64,000 bases of DNA from Narcine bancroftii (lineage: Eukaryota). The notes below the pieces were generated by a model, which worked only from the letters and a program-made list of their open reading frames with translations, was not told the DNA's origin and made no database searches. The stretch covers positions 14,508,001 to 14,572,000 of the forward strand of contig NC_091477.1 of NCBI RefSeq assembly GCF_036971445.1, given 5' to 3'. This document shows, one piece after another, positions 62,175 through 64,000 of the stretch. The stretch's first letter is position 1. Every line of letters begins with the position of its first letter. The translations under genes and the position numbers were made by a program.

Positions 62175-62860
62175 CTTCAAGATCACCAGATCTAGGAACA
62201 GAAGTAGGCCAATCAGCCCACTAAGTCTGCTCAGCCATTCTATCACGACCTGATCCATCCTCCCACTCAGCTCCACTCCCTTGCCTTCCTCCTGTAACTC
62301 TTGATGCCCAGACTAATCAAATGCATGTCAATCTCAGCCTTAAATACTCAACAACTTCACTTCCACAGCTGCTTGTAGCAAAATGTTCCACGGACTAACA
62401 ACCCTTAATCAAAAGAAATTTCTCCATATCAGTTTTAAATTGATGCCCTTTCAGCTGGAAGTTGTGCCCACTTGTCCTGGACTCCTATACCATGGGAAAC
62501 AACCATGCCACATCAACTCTGTCCAGGCCTTTCAGCATTTGAAATGACTTGATGAGGTTCCTCTCATCATTCCATACTCAAATTCAGTCGAAGAGCTGAC
62601 AACTGTTCCTCATTATGCTAAACCTTTTGTTTTCTGATGTCATTCTAGTTAATCTTCTCTGAGCCCTTTCCAATGCTAGTCCATTTTTTTTTAAATAAGG
62701 TGCCAAAACTTTACACTTCAAGTAAAGTCTCTTGAGTGCTCAATAGAGTCTTCACATTGCATCTCTGCTCTTGTATGCAATTACGGTGAATGGCAACATT
62801 GAATTTGCTTTTGTCACCTCTGACTCAACCTGGAGATTAATGTTTTAGGGTATCCTTATC
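62175..62860 (-). mobile_element. CR1 3' part
   Basis: Reverse 3' end agatctaggaacagaagtaggccaatcagccc followed by RT C-terminal relics. Confidence 0.7.
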
Positions 62861-63099
62861 AAATTCAAATTGGCAACACCCTCTGCACTCAAAATTTCTC
62901 ATGCCTGGAAAGATCAGGCAACACAGTTGGTGTAACGGTCAGCAATGCCTTTACCGTACCAGTGATTGGAACTGGACAGAGGTTATAACTGTGAATCTTG
63001 TAGGCAAGCTGACTCAACGGGCTCAATGCTCGCTTTAAGTCCATAGGATTTGAGTCAAATGCCTCATTTCTGCATTTTGAGCACATAGTCTGTTAGATG

Positions 63100-63395
63100 T
63101 TGTGGCAATGTTGCACTAAGAGAGGTCTAATGCACCATCTTCTCCTGGTGATTTTAAATCATGACCTCCATCTGTCTTACATGAGTGATGCCAGCTCTCT
63201 GGAATTCTGACCAGTTGTCAAGAATATCAACATAAAAGCAGATCTTGTGGTTGTCATTTCATGACTATTCTCCTTGCATCTTTCTTGCCATGCAAATCTT
63301 CAAAAGCATTCTTTTGGCTGCAAAATTATTGGGAGTACTCTGAGATTTTTAAAAAAAATTATGCTATGAAAATGCATTTTTTCTTTCCTTTCTAT
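63100..63395 (+). mobile_element. Deu-domain SINE relic
   Basis: aaaagcagatcttgtggttgtcatttcatgac...cttcaaaagcattcttttggctgcaaa...gctatgaaaatgcattttttcttt. Confidence 0.5.
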
Positions 63396-64000
63396 GAGAT
63401 GGACACATTTTAAGACTTCATTTGATCAAAATTGCCCAATGGGATAACCACATTATTAGCAGTGGTTTGAAACCTTATATAAAAGAAAAATGAGTGTGGT
63501 TGGAAAGCAATTCAGTTTCTGTTAAATTCTTAGACATATTCCCACAAAATCCCCTTTTTAGTGACTTGTGGTGCAACAGAATCACAGAGGTGATGTTCTT
63601 TTAATGACCAGTGGCCTCTCAGCTTTGTGCAAGAGAATCTGTGTTTATTTTTTGTTTCGTTATGGCAGTTAGGATTTTTTCTGAAGTGTTTTGATGGGAA
63701 ATACAACATATTTATCTGACTGTCAGAATATTTCACTCCACAGATATCACTCAGGGCAAATACTTGAATCATAATGTGGAACATTTCTATTTCCTGACTA
63801 ATTGGACTAATCTTTATGGAGATCTTTTAAAATCATGAACGTTTTTCTGCTGATGTTTAGAGGTGATGTAGAATTTATTTCAAATTTTCTCGATCTAGTT
63901 TGATAATCCAAGTACAATAATGACATGTGATGTGGACTATTTATGAAGGCCAAGAGAAGTTCACCAATGCAATTGATGACTGACTGCAATATAAATGCTA

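Overview
Eukaryotic, AT-rich, CpG-depleted vertebrate genomic DNA. The repeat complement (CR1, Rex1/Babar, RTE, Penelope, HE1/V-SINE and Deu-SINE relics) points to a cartilaginous fish, probably a batoid (inference). I found no host exon, RNA gene or CRISPR array I can support, so the window looks intronic or intergenic and nearly all ORF-track entries are TE relics or chance. Best-delimited elements: an L1 with both ends and a 16-bp TSD that encodes ORF1 but no ORF2 (HAL1-like, 24150-27094); a near-complete decayed pogo transposon; a Chapaev3-type deletion derivative; hAT and Harbinger MITEs; five short solo LTRs with TSDs; an RTE fragment and a bipartite RTE-derived element, both with exact TSDs; and a near full-length CR1. 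One ~650-bp segment (34.1-34.8 kb) that lacks CpG depletion and has hairpins and direct repeats remains unexplained. Family names come from motif recognition by eye, not database searches, and boundaries without TSDs are approximate.
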